This document shows, piece by piece, positions 1-11,918 of a stretch of DNA of 64,000 nt. Made by a program: the position numbers and the translations under genes. A model generated the notes under the pieces. That model had not been told where the DNA came from and did not search any database. It was given only the letters and a program-made list of their open reading frames with translations. Every line of letters starts with the position of its first letter. The stretch's first letter is position 1. Source of the DNA: Cenococcum geophilum (lineage: Eukaryota); the NCBI GenBank assembly GCA_050273025.1, contig CP158635.1:4340001-4404000 (forward strand), given 5' to 3'.

Positions 1-1007
1 AGGTAAAAGGGACTAACTTAGAGTTACTATAGATATGTATGTAGAACCGAAAGTATACCTATTAGGTTAAACGGTCTCGCTAGCGGGCTTAATTGAAGTC
101 GCGTAGCTAAAGACCCTAGTGCTAGCCAGTATTACCGCAAGGGAAGAGTAGTATATAGTAGAGCGGTATATATACGGCATGCGTTAAGTTAATACGGCAG
201 TACTGCGGCTGCTTATTAGGCGCATAACGCTCTATAAGCATAATATTACGGAAGCTAGCATTACTATACTTATCTAGTATAATAACGGCCACCTTATTAC
301 TTATTAGGAGGTTCTTATAGCAGCGATTAGCACTAGCCTTTAAGATAAGCCGTATTTATAGATTTAAGATAATCTATAACGGGGCCGTTACGGGCTAAGC
401 CTAAAGCCATTCCCTTGCGGTTTAATAAAGAGCGATAAAAGGGTTCTATATCTTAGATAGTATAGCAGTAAGGTACTATAAAATAGTTGTATTTAGCTAG
501 GTATTAAAATAGGCCTATAGCCGGATATTTATAATATAACTAGGATTATAAAAGTATAGCTAGGCATATCGTAGAGTAGTATCGGTAGGAGGCTCTAGCG
601 GGCCCTATAGATAGTAAAGCTTACTATATATCTAGAAGCAATTTGGGCCGCCATAGGCTATACTATAGTTAGTAATGGTATAGTTTACGGACGTAAAAGC
701 TAATGCTATATTATATGCGCGGAGCTACTTTTTAAACTACCTAGTAGAAGTACTATAGGACTCTAAAAGATCGCGTAGATATTCTAGTAGAGGCTAGGCA
801 TCAGGATTTTTTTTTTTGGGCGCGTTGTTGCAGATTGCGGCAATTTGCTGCAAACTGTGCGATTTGCGTGGTCGTATATGGTCGTTAGCGATTCGCGCAA
901 ACCGCGCGTTTCGCAACAAATTTACAGCTTCTGCTAGTAAATTGCAGCAAAACGCTCAACCACCAAACCAATGCCAGCAAAACGCTACCCTATAAATAAA
1001 TAGCTCG

Positions 1008-1145
1008 CAAACTGTACAAATTATAAAAACTATACGAATTATAAAAACCGTACGAATTGTAAAAACCGTATAAATTGTAAAAACTGTATAAATTGTAAAA
1101 ACTGTACAAATTGTAACTATATAAATTGTAACTATAAATTATAAT
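1008..1145. repeat. ~17-18 bp tandem repeat (AAAACTGTACAAATTGT)
   Basis: Several imperfect direct copies are visible. Confidence 0.8.
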
Positions 1146-1289
1146 TATATTACATAATAACCAAATTATTACATATTCCCATAGATTTCTATAATATACT
1201 TTTAAATATATTTATATTATAACTATATAAAATGTAGAGCTATCTACTTTGGGCGTCAAGGGGGAAGCCTCTCGCAGAGGCTCCAAATT

Positions 1290-1495
1290 ATCTACCTACC
1301 TACCTGCCTGCCTGCCTGCCTGCCTGCCTACCTACCTGCCTGCCTACCTACCTGCCTGCCTACCTACCTGCCTACCTGCCTGCCTACCTGCCTGCCTACT
1401 TGCCTACCTGTCTGTCTGTCTGTCTGTCCGTCTGTCTATACCTACCCGTTTATGCCTACCTATCTGTGCCTACCTGTCTGTGCCTACCTGTCTAT
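1290..1495. repeat. (CCTA/CCTG)n-(CTGT)n tetranucleotide microsatellite
   Basis: Directly visible. Confidence 0.9.
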
Positions 1496-1567
1496 GTTAC
1501 CTTGATTCGATCGATCGATTGAATCGTTTATCGTGTTTGCTGGCTGGTCGTTTGAACGGTTGTTGTG

Positions 1568-1960
1568 TGGCTCTGGCGACGGTCGTGTGGCGATGACGAC
1601 GGTCGTCTGGCTCTGACGGTTGTCTAGCTCTGGTGACGGTTATCTGGCTCCGGCGACGGCCGTCTAGCTCTGACGACGGTCGTCCAGCTCTGACGACGGT
1701 CGTCCAGCTCTGGCGACGGTCATCTGGCTCCGGCGACGGTCGTCTAGCTCTAACGATGGTCATCTGGCTCCGGCGACGGTCGTCTAGCTCTGACGACGGT
1801 CGTCTGGCTCTGACGGTCGTCTAGCTCTGGCGACGGTTATCTGGCTCCGGCGACGGTCGTCTAGCTCCGGCGACGGTCGTCTAGCTCTGACGACGGTCGT
1901 CTGGCTCTGACGGTTGTCTAGCTCTGGCGACGGTCGTCTGGCTCCGGCGACGGTTGTCTG
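1568..1960. repeat. 18/21-bp minisatellite (GGCTCTGACGACGGTCGTCT)
   Basis: About 19 imperfect direct copies, each with the internal quasi-palindrome ACGACGGTCGT. Confidence 0.9.
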
Positions 1961-2129
1961 CTGGCTATCGTTCTGGTGTCTTCCTAGGTAGGGAGAATGT
2001 AAGGAAGGGTAAAAAATGAGGTGGCTACCTAGGTGTATATAGGGGGTATACTTGGCAGAGGCACGTGTAGAGGCTATCGGGAATATAGCGGGGACCCGAT
2101 AGTAGTGTATCGCGCGCACACACAAAGGC

Positions 2130-2995
2130 TTTGTGTAGAGCTTCGTGTAGAGCCTCCGTATGCAGGGCTTCGCGCAGAGCCTCGTGTAGAGCTTCGCGCA
2201 GAGCCTCGTGCAGAGCCTCTATATGTAGAGCTTCGTGTAGAGCTTCGTAGAGCTTTATGCAGAGCTTCGTGTAGAGCTTTATATAGAGCTTTGTGCAGAG
2301 CTTCGTGTAGAGCTTCGTGCAGAGCCTCTGTACGTAGAGCTTCGTGTAGAGCTTCGTGCAGAGCCTTGTGTAGAGCTTCGTGTAGAGCTTCGTGCAGAGC
2401 CTCGTGTAGAGCCTCTATATGCAGAGCTTTGTGTAGAGCCTCGTGTAGAGCCTCGTGCAAAGCTTCGTGTAGAGCTTCGTGTAGAGCTTTGTGTAGAGCT
2501 TCGTGCAGAGCTTCGTGCAGAGCTTCGTGCAGAGCTTCGTGCAGAGCTTCGTGCAGAGCTTCGTGCAGAGCTTCGTGCAGAGCTTCGTGCAGAGCTTCGT
2601 GCAGAGCTTCGTGCAGAGCTTCGTGCAGAGCTTCGTGCAGAGCTTCGTGCAGAGCTTCGTGCAGAGCTTCGTGCAGAGCTTCGTGCAGAGCTTCGTGCAG
2701 AGCTTCGTGCAGAGCTTCGTGCAGAGCTTCGTGCAGAGCTTCGTGTAGAGCCTCGTGCAAAGCCTCTGTACGCAAAGCTTCGTGTAGAGCCTCGTGTAGA
2801 GCCTCGTGCAAAGCTTCGTATAGAGCTTCGTGCAGAGCTTCGTGCAGAGCTTCGTGTAGAGCTTCGTGTAGAGCTTCGTGTAGAGCTTCGTGTAGAGCTT
2901 CGTGTAGAGCTTCGTGCAGAGCCTCTGTACGCAGAGCTTTATGTAGAGCCTTGTGTAGAACCTCGTCTAAAGCTTCGTGTAGAGCTTCGTGCAGC
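2130..2995. repeat. 12-bp satellite (GTGCAGAGCTTC)n, about 70 units
   Basis: Perfect core of about 20 units at 2503-2745, with degenerate flanking units. Confidence 0.95.
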
Positions 2996-4177
2996 GCTTT
3001 ATGCAGTTTTGTGGTATTTTTGTTACATTTTTGTTGCATTTTTGTTGCAGCCAAAAATTAGGGTCTACTTAAGTCGCTTAAGTCGCAATTTTAGTAATTT
3101 ATATAAAGTAGCCTGCAAATCGCTGCAAATCGCCGCAAATTGCCAAAATTGCGACTTAAGCGAGTTAAGCAGACCCCAATTTTCGGCTGCAACAACGCGC
3201 CCAAAAAAAAATTTCCTGATGGGATAGAGGGAGGATTATATTACTATATTTACAATAGGCTTTAAACCGTAGATTACTAGGCGGTAATATATTAACACGT
3301 TTATTAACCTAATATAGGGCTGCGTAGAAGTTATAGGTAATATCTATAGGACCGAGATCTAGCTACTCCATAATATGGTAGACTATAGTAATAGGACCAC
3401 AATCTAGCTGCTCCGCAATAGGGCGGACTATAGTAATAGGCCTAATATCTAATTGGCCCGTAATAGGGCGGACCGTAGTAGGCCGCGGCTAGATAGATAT
3501 GGGTGGTATAAGGAGGCAGTAGCGGAGGTAGTAGCGGCTGTAGTAGCGGCTACAGTTTAGTTTATAGGCTGCGGAGGGTTTGCTAAAAGTCGTTGTTAAA
3601 ATCGTCCTTTTTTTTCTCCTATATATAGAGTTAGAAAGGCAATAAGTAAAAAAAGAGAATAAAAAGAATTAACTCTATAAGATTTACAGGTTTTATATAG
3701 AGCTCTTTAGCGGGTTAGTATAAAGTTAGCGGAAGGGCGACTCTATTTATAGGCGTTGCAAAATATATAATTAGAAGGCATTTAGATAGTAGGTAGGGAG
3801 TATAGTAGGTAGGGTAGTAATATATAGAAGATATTCGAGTAGTAAGGGGTAGAAAGAGGCTATAAGGTTGTAAATTTAATGGGGTAGCACGTAAGGTAGC
3901 ACGTCCCCTTATTATATAACCCGAACCAATTTTTAACTAATTAGAACCTTAGGTTTAACCCAAACTTAGTATATATTAAATTATAGGAAGCAAATCTAAT
4001 AGCGCGAAAGCTTATTTCCGCTATAGTGGGTATATTAGTAAAGGAGAGTGAGATTTTATGATAAGGTGTTATTATTATATAAAGGAAGGCGTGGCTATAC
4101 CTTAAGCTTATAATATTTAATTTGTATATATAATAGGTGCCTGCAAGTAGGCGTATACTTAAGTTAAAAATCTACTA

Positions 4178-5896
4178 CTAGTTAAGCTCAAGGCTTTTAC
4201 CTCTTAAATTTCTCTACTTCTTAATATCTACTTATAATCTCTTAGCAATTACCTCTAAAACGCCTACCTTAATTATTACCTTAATTAGTGTCTTTTCTTA
4301 CTTATCTGGCTTCTACTCTCTAATTGTCTTTAAATCCCACCACTTAGTAAAAGCAACTTAGTAGATAGTATTAATATCTTCTTTCTAGGCCTCTAAGTCT
4401 TCTGCCGACTTCTTCTACTATTTAAAATACTCCTATAAATCTGCAAGCCAATTAACGCCTTAAGGATATAGTAGAGGAGTAATTAGTAATAACTTTAAGC
4501 TAGAAAGCGAGGCTGCTAGAAGTATAAATAGGCGCTTATAGTAACTACTAGTTAGGTTAATATAGAATTAATTTATAATGCCCGGAGTACTTAGTATAGA
4601 GGCTTTAGAGGTAAGCTACTTCTTCTTCTTATTACCCGTCTTCCTCTTAAGAAGCTTCCATATTAAGCTAACCGAAGTATATTTAGTAGTAAGACTATAA
4701 TCAATTGCCCTACCTTATTCTCTTATATCCTTTTACATAAGTTTATAATTGACTTACTAATATATTTAGTACCAATTACTACCGCAGTTCTTATAACACT
4801 GCTACTGTTAAGATACCTTTATAAAGCTTATTTTAGAAATTATAGAGAAAGCGGTAATATTACTATCTATAGGCTATAGTATACTTAGTAAGGAGCTCTA
4901 TAAGGATTCTAGAGCTGACTATAAAGCTAATTATATTATTATAGAGGAATAGGCAGGACTATAAGCTACTTACTACTTAATTATCTTAATATAATCTATA
5001 ATAAGTTTAACTTTAAGCCGCTTAAATAAGCTATTATTGTAATTATAATACCCTTTCGCTACCCTTAAGAGTTCTTCTTTAGAATTAATCTAATTAACTA
5101 TATAGCTTAGGTTAAGATAAAATGCAAATTTAGTGGAATTTAATCGCCTAGTAAGCTTCACGGTAGTATTATATAATTTCCTTTAAAAAGTATAACTAGT
5201 AAACTTTTACTATAAAGCCTTATTAATTTTAAGAAGAACTTTGCAATTATATATTACTAAAAGGCTAAGGCGAGCCTTAGGAAATATATAAGCTAATATA
5301 ATAGTTAAGCGACTTATCTTTTAAAGCTTTACTAATAACACTAGGCAATACTTAAAGAATAAGCCTCTGCCTAGAGGCTTTACTATATATTCCTCCTGCT
5401 CTATTTAAAGCCTTAAAGCTAACTCCTCTTTACTTTTTACCGAAGGCTTATATACTAAAGTCTTTAGCAATTAAGGCCTCTTAGCGGGCGGCTGGCTTTA
5501 TAATATAGGGGGAGCTACACCCACACGCCGCGGAGCTCTTACTATATTCTGTTCCGGCGGTATATAAAAGTATTAAACTTCCTTATTATCGTGCTCTTCG
5601 GCAGCCGCCGGATTAGTTAGAATCTTATTAAGCTCGCCTAAAGTAAAATAGGTAGCTTATTATAACGCATGTGGGGTACTATATATTAGCGGTAGAGAGT
5701 AGTTAAGCTGTATATTAAGTTGGCCACTATATGCGGACGGAAGATTTACGACCGTACTTATACTTAAGCTCTGCATAAAAGGAGGTGGACGACCGATTGC
5801 TACAGAAGGCGGTACTGGTAACAATCGTAATCGCTAAGTAGGTAGGCAACTAGAGGGACTACCTGTAGAGGTAGGAGCAGGGCGTTTGGAGCTCAT
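4178..5896 (-). pseudogene. RIP-inactivated accessory ORF2 of the Tc1-like element; unknown function, Cys/His cluster plus helical C-terminal domain
   Basis: Candidate ATG at 5896 (MSSKRPAP...). De-RIPped motifs WQCxxxCxxNWC...KLxxKDxREWxxAI, STPGIxNxFxI, PQGVDWLADLQEYF and WDL...RLQVDIKKW are homologous to 48765-50850. Start and stop positions are inferred. Confidence 0.7.
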
Positions 5897-6108
5897 ATTG
5901 ATGAGAGAAAGAAGCTTTACAACGCCACGATCTGGAATAGATATCACGACTTTTGGTATGGGAGGGAAGTTTAGAATAGCTTTAAAATTAAGCTCTGAGC
6001 TCCGAATTCGATGTGGGCCGTGGCTCAAGCCCTGGCCACGTACTACACCACTTTCTGCTAGCTCTACATACTAATTTAGCTGCAGACGAAGCGAAATTAG
6101 GTGTGTGG

Positions 6109-6406
6109 TGTTGCGCCCCCCCGGGGGGGGACACCGAAGCTCGTACAGACTGTAGAAGAAGAAGAAAGCTTATAACGATATTACGTGAAAAGGCTTGACG
6201 CTAGATAAGGAGAAACCTTATTTACTATCTATATAGAAAATAAGCAATATATAACGCTTTAGCTCTAACCTACTAAAATAATAGAAAGTATACGTACTGG
6301 CCGCTTAGCGAGCGGATAAGTAACCTTTCCGTATAGGGTAAATAGCGCCGTGGATATTCGCGAGTATTGGTTAGTAGGGCATGGTCACGTGCGGCTCAGC
6401 GACTCA
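6109..6406 (-). mobile_element. Probable solo LTR
   Basis: TG...CA termini (TGTTGCG...GACTCA), ~300 bp, flanked by GTGG/GCGG (4-bp TSD with one transition). RIP-like composition inside. Confidence 0.5.
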
Positions 6407-7020
6407 GCGGGCAATCAGCTACATCATGCACAAAAACAAAAAAAACGGGTATGAGACCTGGGAAAGTGAAGTAGCAATTGAGGCAGATTTCTTCAGGCAC
6501 CACAGTACGCAAAATAGCAAACATCACGCTAAAAATCGAGCATACTGCCACGAACGATTACGCATTCTGTGACCACTAAGATTTAAATACACTAGATGTT
6601 TGTCGTCCTCTCTTACCCTTCCTCTGTACATAACCCCCGCCACGTCTTTGCGCCAAACCGGAGGTACCCCTAGCAAGCAATCCTTGAATATAAAAGTGAA
6701 GCGAGGAAAAAGAATATATCATACAGAAGTCGCAGTCAGCAAAAACCCCTCAAAGGATAAAAGGGGTCCTGCCGCCGCTTGAAGTAATCCTCTCTTGAGC
6801 CAAGGATAACAAACCGGACAAGGGCAACGAGCTCATGTTCCGAGAAAAATAAAGGTAGCGACAGAGACCTTAAAGCCGCATCTCGCCGGATGGATATAAG
6901 AAAAGCCTGTTGCTATGCATCAAGGAACACCGCCAGAAGCCTCCGTCTTGGACGCCGTACTAAAACAAAGCCAATAACATTAAGCTGTGGAAAAGGAAAT
7001 ACATATTGTAAATTATTGGA

Positions 7021-10000
7021 TTACCACATTTCGTCCTCCTTCGTGGGTTCCGAATCGTCGAATAACGTTTGCCCGTAGTAGGGCTGTCGAGATTCAGGTT
7101 TGCCCCCAGGATGGCCCAGGTAGTTTTGCCCACTGGCAACGCTGTACGAACTTCCATTTGTATTACTATGCGATGAATTTTTCGATGTATGCGAGTGTTG
7201 GGAGATGCGTGAGTCCGGCCTACTCTGTACTTCGTTTTCTGGTGGGGGCTCTGGGCTGAGTGTCTCCGCATCATTTCCAGACAAATGTCCGGGCGGGATT
7301 CCAGACGCGTTCTTCGAACTTTCAGACTGTTCCTGCTGCTACTTCAAGGTTAGTAAAACCAGCAATTAGAAAAAAACGTTAGATATCTGAAAATCTCACC
7401 TGCTGGTACCTCTGATATTGAGCAAACTCCTCTGGCTGATCCTTCTTCTGTTGCTGTTGCTGCTGTTGTTGTGCTTGACGCTGTTGCTGTTTCTGTTGTG
7501 CAGAATGCCCGATCTGGATTTGAGGATGCATTTGTTGCACCTTAGCAAGGTAAGAGTACATAAAATTGCTCAACAGAACCTGGGAGTACAGCTCGCGGCG
7601 GGGGTTAGCAAGCTTGATGTGGGCCATCCGGTAGATGGCGCGCTCTTCCAGAATTGAGAAACGAGTCCAGTTGTAGTCAATGTCTGGCTTGAGAATCCGT
7701 GGCGGTGGTTCTGGTGAAAGACCGCGCATTGAGCTTCCCTTTTTATGGGTTGATTCTTTCTCGCTCTTTTTCTTGCCTCCACCGAAGAGCGATGAGAAGA
7801 TACCTGAATCTTTCTCCTTCTTAGAGTCACCACTAGAGGACTTGCGAGTGCTCTCCTTCTTGCGCTCTTCTTCAAGCTTAATAGTATCTCGGTCAAGAAC
7901 AAGGCTCTCTCGCCCTCTGCCACCATCTATAGATGTTTGAAGCAAGTCGAGCCGAGTATTGTCATGAGACTTATCGGCTGCTTTGGTAAGCTTCGTCTTG
8001 GTTTTCTTTACAGCTTCCTTCTCTTCCTTCTCCTTCCTTTCACGTTCTTTTTCCTTCTCTTTGTCGTCACCACCCAGAAGCCAGCCCCAGCTAGTTTTCC
8101 TCGATCCACCTTCAGAAGCATCTTTCTTCTCTTTAGACTTCTTATCGGATTTCTTCTCATCCGCAAGTGTTGGAATGAAAGATAGAGCGTCCGTGCGTGT
8201 ACTGTTTCCTGGGAGAGGGGATGGATGAGAGGCCATGTCATCTAATGTTTGATTATGTGCTTTGATTGGCGTGCCCGGTCGATGCATGGGAGGCCTGCTT
8301 GGAGGCTGCCTTGGAGCAGGGGCTCTGGGAGGCTGGGGATGAATCTGATTATTAAAGGATGGTGGAGCCTCGCGCGATGAATTACGTTCCGGTAGCTGTA
8401 AGAGTGGTGTTCTCTGGGGTTCCTGAGAGGGCGGTGGTGTCTCGATAATCTGTGGAACTTGTTGAGGAGGCACATAACCGGGTAATGGAGCGGTCGTCCG
8501 GCCATTAGATGCAATTCGGGAGTGGAATGGTTTAGCAGGAGGTGACCTCCCCTGTTCCAATTCGGGTGGAGGGCTGACGGATTTTTGAACGGGAGGCTCT
8601 TCCGGTGCGGGGAGGGGAGATGTCAAAATGGGGGGAGACCGCTTTCGAGTAGGACGCGAGAAATTCTCTGTAGGTTCTGGTCGAAGATGAATTGGCTCCG
8701 ATTGTATCCTAGTAAGTCCCATAACCGGGAGGTCTGGCGTGGTATTTTTGATTGGAGAAGATGCTGGAGACTCTTCGGTGTCTGTTTCTGACTGCCTTCC
8801 AACTATACGTCTTGAGAATGGCACCCGCTCTCCCTTGCGGAGACTTCCGCGCCTATAGTTCGTTCGGGTAGACCTCTTCAAAGTTTGGCCGACAGGTTTT
8901 GCAGGGAGAATAGGCATGTCTTCGGTCATTGAAACCTCGACACCAGAATCTGAGGATCTGCGAGTAGAATCTATGCTCATCCGACGCATCAGACTTGTAG
9001 GATCGTCGACTAGATGCTCCAATTCAGGGAGGTTGCCCAAGTTTCCATTCGCCGCTCCTTGTTCTGTGACGGACCTGTTCCTCTCTAATCTTTCTGCCCC
9101 ATCCCGATACCCATTTGGACTGTCAATCTGTCTTGAGAGCATCGACTTCTTTCTCCGAAGCCCTCCACCTGATCCCATCCTTCCTAGACCATCTGGGGAT
9201 AAGGACTCTTCCCCACCAGACCTCCGCCTTATTTTATCCACCTTTTCCTCAATAAATGTTTTGAACTCTTTGGGTGCAAGCTCCGGATGTAGTCGTGCGG
9301 GAACCCAGAACAGCTTTGAGGGGTCTTCGTCATCAGAGAAATTTGCAGGTGCTACTGAAGATGCTCCGAAGCCAGAACCAAAAGTTGGAAGATCAGGGTC
9401 CGAAGAATTCACATCCATTGACATACGCCGTATTGCCTGAAGGTTGCTAAGCTCTTGTGCTACAGCAGCTGGACTCGACTCGTAGTCTATGTCATTGAGA
9501 GGGAATTGTTGCGAAGCAGTGTCGGAATTTGTTCGAGTGAGTGGCGGCGGTGACAGTGGCCCGCTTTGATTTTCGCGGCCAAAGGAAGAACTCCGTGTAG
9601 AGAGCATCTTAGGAGATCCATTCGCATGGGGAGGCGATTTCTCATTCGACATTGTGCGGCTAAGAGGTGACCTGGGTGGTGAACTTTGAGCAGCATTGAA
9701 GGATAGGGCTGATTCAAAACTATCACCCAACGGAGAAGTTATGAAGCTCAGAGGCCTTGAATCGCGCTTGTTGAAGTCCATGTCCCCATACATATCCCCG
9801 ATGGCTTCGGTGACGTGATGACTGTCGTCGCTTATTGAGATTTGGGGAGCATGTCCGCGTCTGCTCTGATACATTCGCTCAAGCTCTCGTGCTCTTTGTG
9901 TGGACTGTTGGACATGCAAGGATTTGATTAGCATCTGGAAGCCGATGTTGCACGGGAATGGGGGACGGAGACGGGGACGGGGAGAGGCGTAGCTGGTCAA

Positions 10001-10131
10001 GGGGACAAGTGAACAGGTCGTTGCATAGCCAAGAGGCCCAGGGCACGACAGTTGTGGTAGACCTTCACAGCAGTGCAGTATGTGTCGCATTCGCGCCGCA
10101 GATGTTGGGAGACGGGACTTCTCACCTGCAT
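7021..10131 (-). CDS. ZDS1: Zds1-like protein (Zds_C domain; PP2A-Cdc55 regulator family), ~942 aa. Exons 10131-10126, 9904-7400, 7338-7021
   Basis: C-terminal DIDYNWTRFSILEERAIYRMAHIKLANPRRELYSQVLLSNFMYSYL is Zds_C; also the conserved LFWVPARLHPELAPKEF block. Intron 1 is ATGCAG|GTGAGA...GCTAAT...CAACAG. Intron 2 is CAG|GTGAGA...ACTAAC...TAG, in frame with the terminal ORF ending ...DEMW-TAA. Composition is un-RIPped. Confidence 0.92.
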
Positions 10132-10989
10132 AGCTGGGAGCTCGAGGAATGCAGATCCTAGTCGCGACGGGGCTGCCACAGGACAGGCTCACTAGAGAAC
10201 GGCTCCAGGGTTGTGGGATTAATATCATCGAAAGACAAGGGCGGAAGAGCAATAAGAACAGAGGTCGAGCATGTCCCTCTTGGGCGCCAGGGGATAGAGT
10301 GCCTTCTTTTGTGGTAGGGCGGAGGGAGCCTCGCTAAAGCCGTGGAACACGCCCGGCGAACAAACCAAAACGCCAGGACGGAGCACATCTAAAGGATTCA
10401 CTTCGAGAAGGCGGAGCAAGCTGGGAAAGGGATTGTAATTATTGTGATCGTCGCCTTAAGGCCATAATAATACACCCCGACATGGCAGACTCTCTACATG
10501 ACCAACACCAACTAGCCACCCCTTCATGCATCCTTACAACCCAGTTTTCTGAATACGGGACTGTATATATATGAGGCTTATATTCACGGTACTTTGCCAT
10601 TCCCAATCGCAAGTCACGGGATTCTCAGCATTAATCTAGCTACCGTCAATTTGGGTATAGAAGCTGATATTCTAAAATCTTTTTAATTAGTTAGACGGCC
10701 TACCGCCAAGGCAGAAAAACATTCTGCCGGTAGAATTCTGCCATATCATCAAGCGTTCTACCAAGTTTGTTTTTAGCAGCTTAATTCCGCAGCTTCTAAG
10801 CTCCTTTTAATATTCTAATTAGCTACTAAAAGATCTACCGCTAAACGTTCTATAGGTGGCTATAATTTAGCTATAAAGGCTTAAATTATAGCTCTTAAAC
10901 AAGGCTCTAACTTACGCCTATTAATATTAATTAATTATATATAACGTATAGAACATTTAACATCTTCTTTAGTATAGCAACTCTCCTAA

Positions 10990-11918
10990 TATAAGGGGAC
11001 TTTATAGATAGGGGGCTATAAGGACACGATTGTGGAACAGGATAGATTGGTAAGAGAGACGAATTCTTAAGGAGATAAGGCCTTTAGGATTATAGAGACT
11101 ATATACTACGGGCACGTACCTTTAGTATATAACCGGTAACCATCTAAGGGGTATCTAGGGGTTATCCTAAGGGCAACCTAAGATAACCGCAATAATATCC
11201 CTTATATTAACCTCCCCCCCTTTCTTATAATTAGCGCCTAATCGCTATTACCTTATAATAGGGAGATTATAAGGGCTTATTTTAAAAGGGGTTTAGAGAA
11301 ATATTAGAGAGATATTAGTATACTATTATATATTATCTATTTATCTAACCCCTACTTTAAACTCCTAAGAAACCTTAATAAAGAAAAAATATAACTAGAG
11401 AAAAGACGTAAGGATTACTAGGAAACCTATTAAAAGCCTATTAAAAGTATATTAGTAACTACCTAGGCTAATATAGGGATTTTTATATAACTCTACTTCT
11501 AAGCCTTTATACCGGTCTATAATTAATTATAAATATTATAGATATTTTAGTATTTTAGTATAGCTCTATAGAACCTTTTAGTATAGGGTTTAATATATAG
11601 AGCCTTAGCTTACTATTGTCTTTAACTATTAAGATATAGTCTATAATTCCCTCTTATAATTCCTTTTTATAATCCCCTACGTTACTAACGCATTACTCCT
11701 ACATTTGCCCTTAGGCTATTAGATATAGTTAAGGTATTAATTAATTAGTTAAAAAGACTTATCTTTTAAGATTTAGTATATATACTTTTAAATCTAATAG
11801 TTCTATACTATATATTTAGTGTAGCTCTACTACCTAGTAAATAGGGATACTTTGCGATAGTAACTGTAGCTATTATATAATTATTAAAAACGTCTATAAT
11901 GTTAATCTTTTTAATACT
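10990..11918 (-). mobile_element. 3' end (3' LTR 10990-11206 plus PPT) of a minus-strand copy (B') of Gypsy family B
   Basis: 217-bp LTR is the reverse complement of 11919-12135. The adjacent CCTCCCCCCCTTTCTT is a polypurine tract on the minus strand. Confidence 0.75.

Larger units (their letters stand above)
799..3221. mobile_element. Non-autonomous TIR DNA element (CA...TG ends, 2-bp TSD; CMC/CACTA-like) filled with tandem repeats
   Basis: 35-bp TIRs CATCAGGA(T)nGGGCGCGTTGTTGCAG at 799-833 and 3187-3221 (33/35 identical), flanked by GG at 797-798 and 3222-3223. Removing the element plus one GG restores the Helitron frame (ILPLS-Q-PLPEYLRD). No transposase inside. Confidence 0.85.
1..3970 (-). 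mobile_element. RIP-degraded Helitron, 5' part with the RepHel N-terminal region; runs off the left edge and is interrupted by the TIR element at 799-3221
   Basis: De-RIPped minus-strand translation gives MDITCNFCAALHW...FEACCKHG (about 3240-3350), then RAYNxALAFTS...GGPNCFQIHGELYHLQGPLEP...RYAQLYFYDP...NPFIALYQTARE...NLPTSNEVA (about 280-720). These are typical Helitron RepHel N-terminal motifs. The 5' boundary near 3970 is approximate. Confidence 0.85.
3975..6435 (+). mobile_element. Right half of a Tc1-like element: transposase C-terminus, convergent ORF2 and a putative right end split by a solo LTR
   Basis: 3980-4051 reads IVGSKSxSAKAHFRHSGY, matching the end of the transposase at 47460-48494 (VGSKSESARGHFRHSGY). 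CGAAGCGAAAT (about 6087) and TCATGCACA (about 6424) resemble the right TIR of the element at 47227-51168. Confidence 0.7.

Noticed and set aside
1249..2125. Short ORFs over the microsatellite and minisatellite
   Set aside because: Translations of tandem repeats, mostly with non-ATG starts.
1568..2995. CRISPR-like arrays
   Set aside because: Head-to-tail repeats with no unique spacers, eukaryotic context, and no cas genes.
2033..3061. Long ORFs (CRAS)n on plus and (HEAL)n on minus as real proteins
   Set aside because: They are by-products of a 12-bp repeat. The common RIP change (TGC to TGT) is synonymous in both frames, so staying open needs no selection.
6101..6140. C7-G8 hairpin as a Helitron 3' terminator
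   Set aside because: It is on the wrong side for the minus-strand Helitron, has no clear CTRR end, and fits better as the end of a solo LTR.
10132..10252. N-terminal extension of the 957-aa ORF
   Set aside because: Non-ATG start that reads through 5' UTR and intron 1; the splice signals support the MQ|STQR start.
7418..10419. Small overlapping or antisense ORFs around ZDS1
   Set aside because: Shadow frames of a GC-balanced coding region with no recognisable domains.
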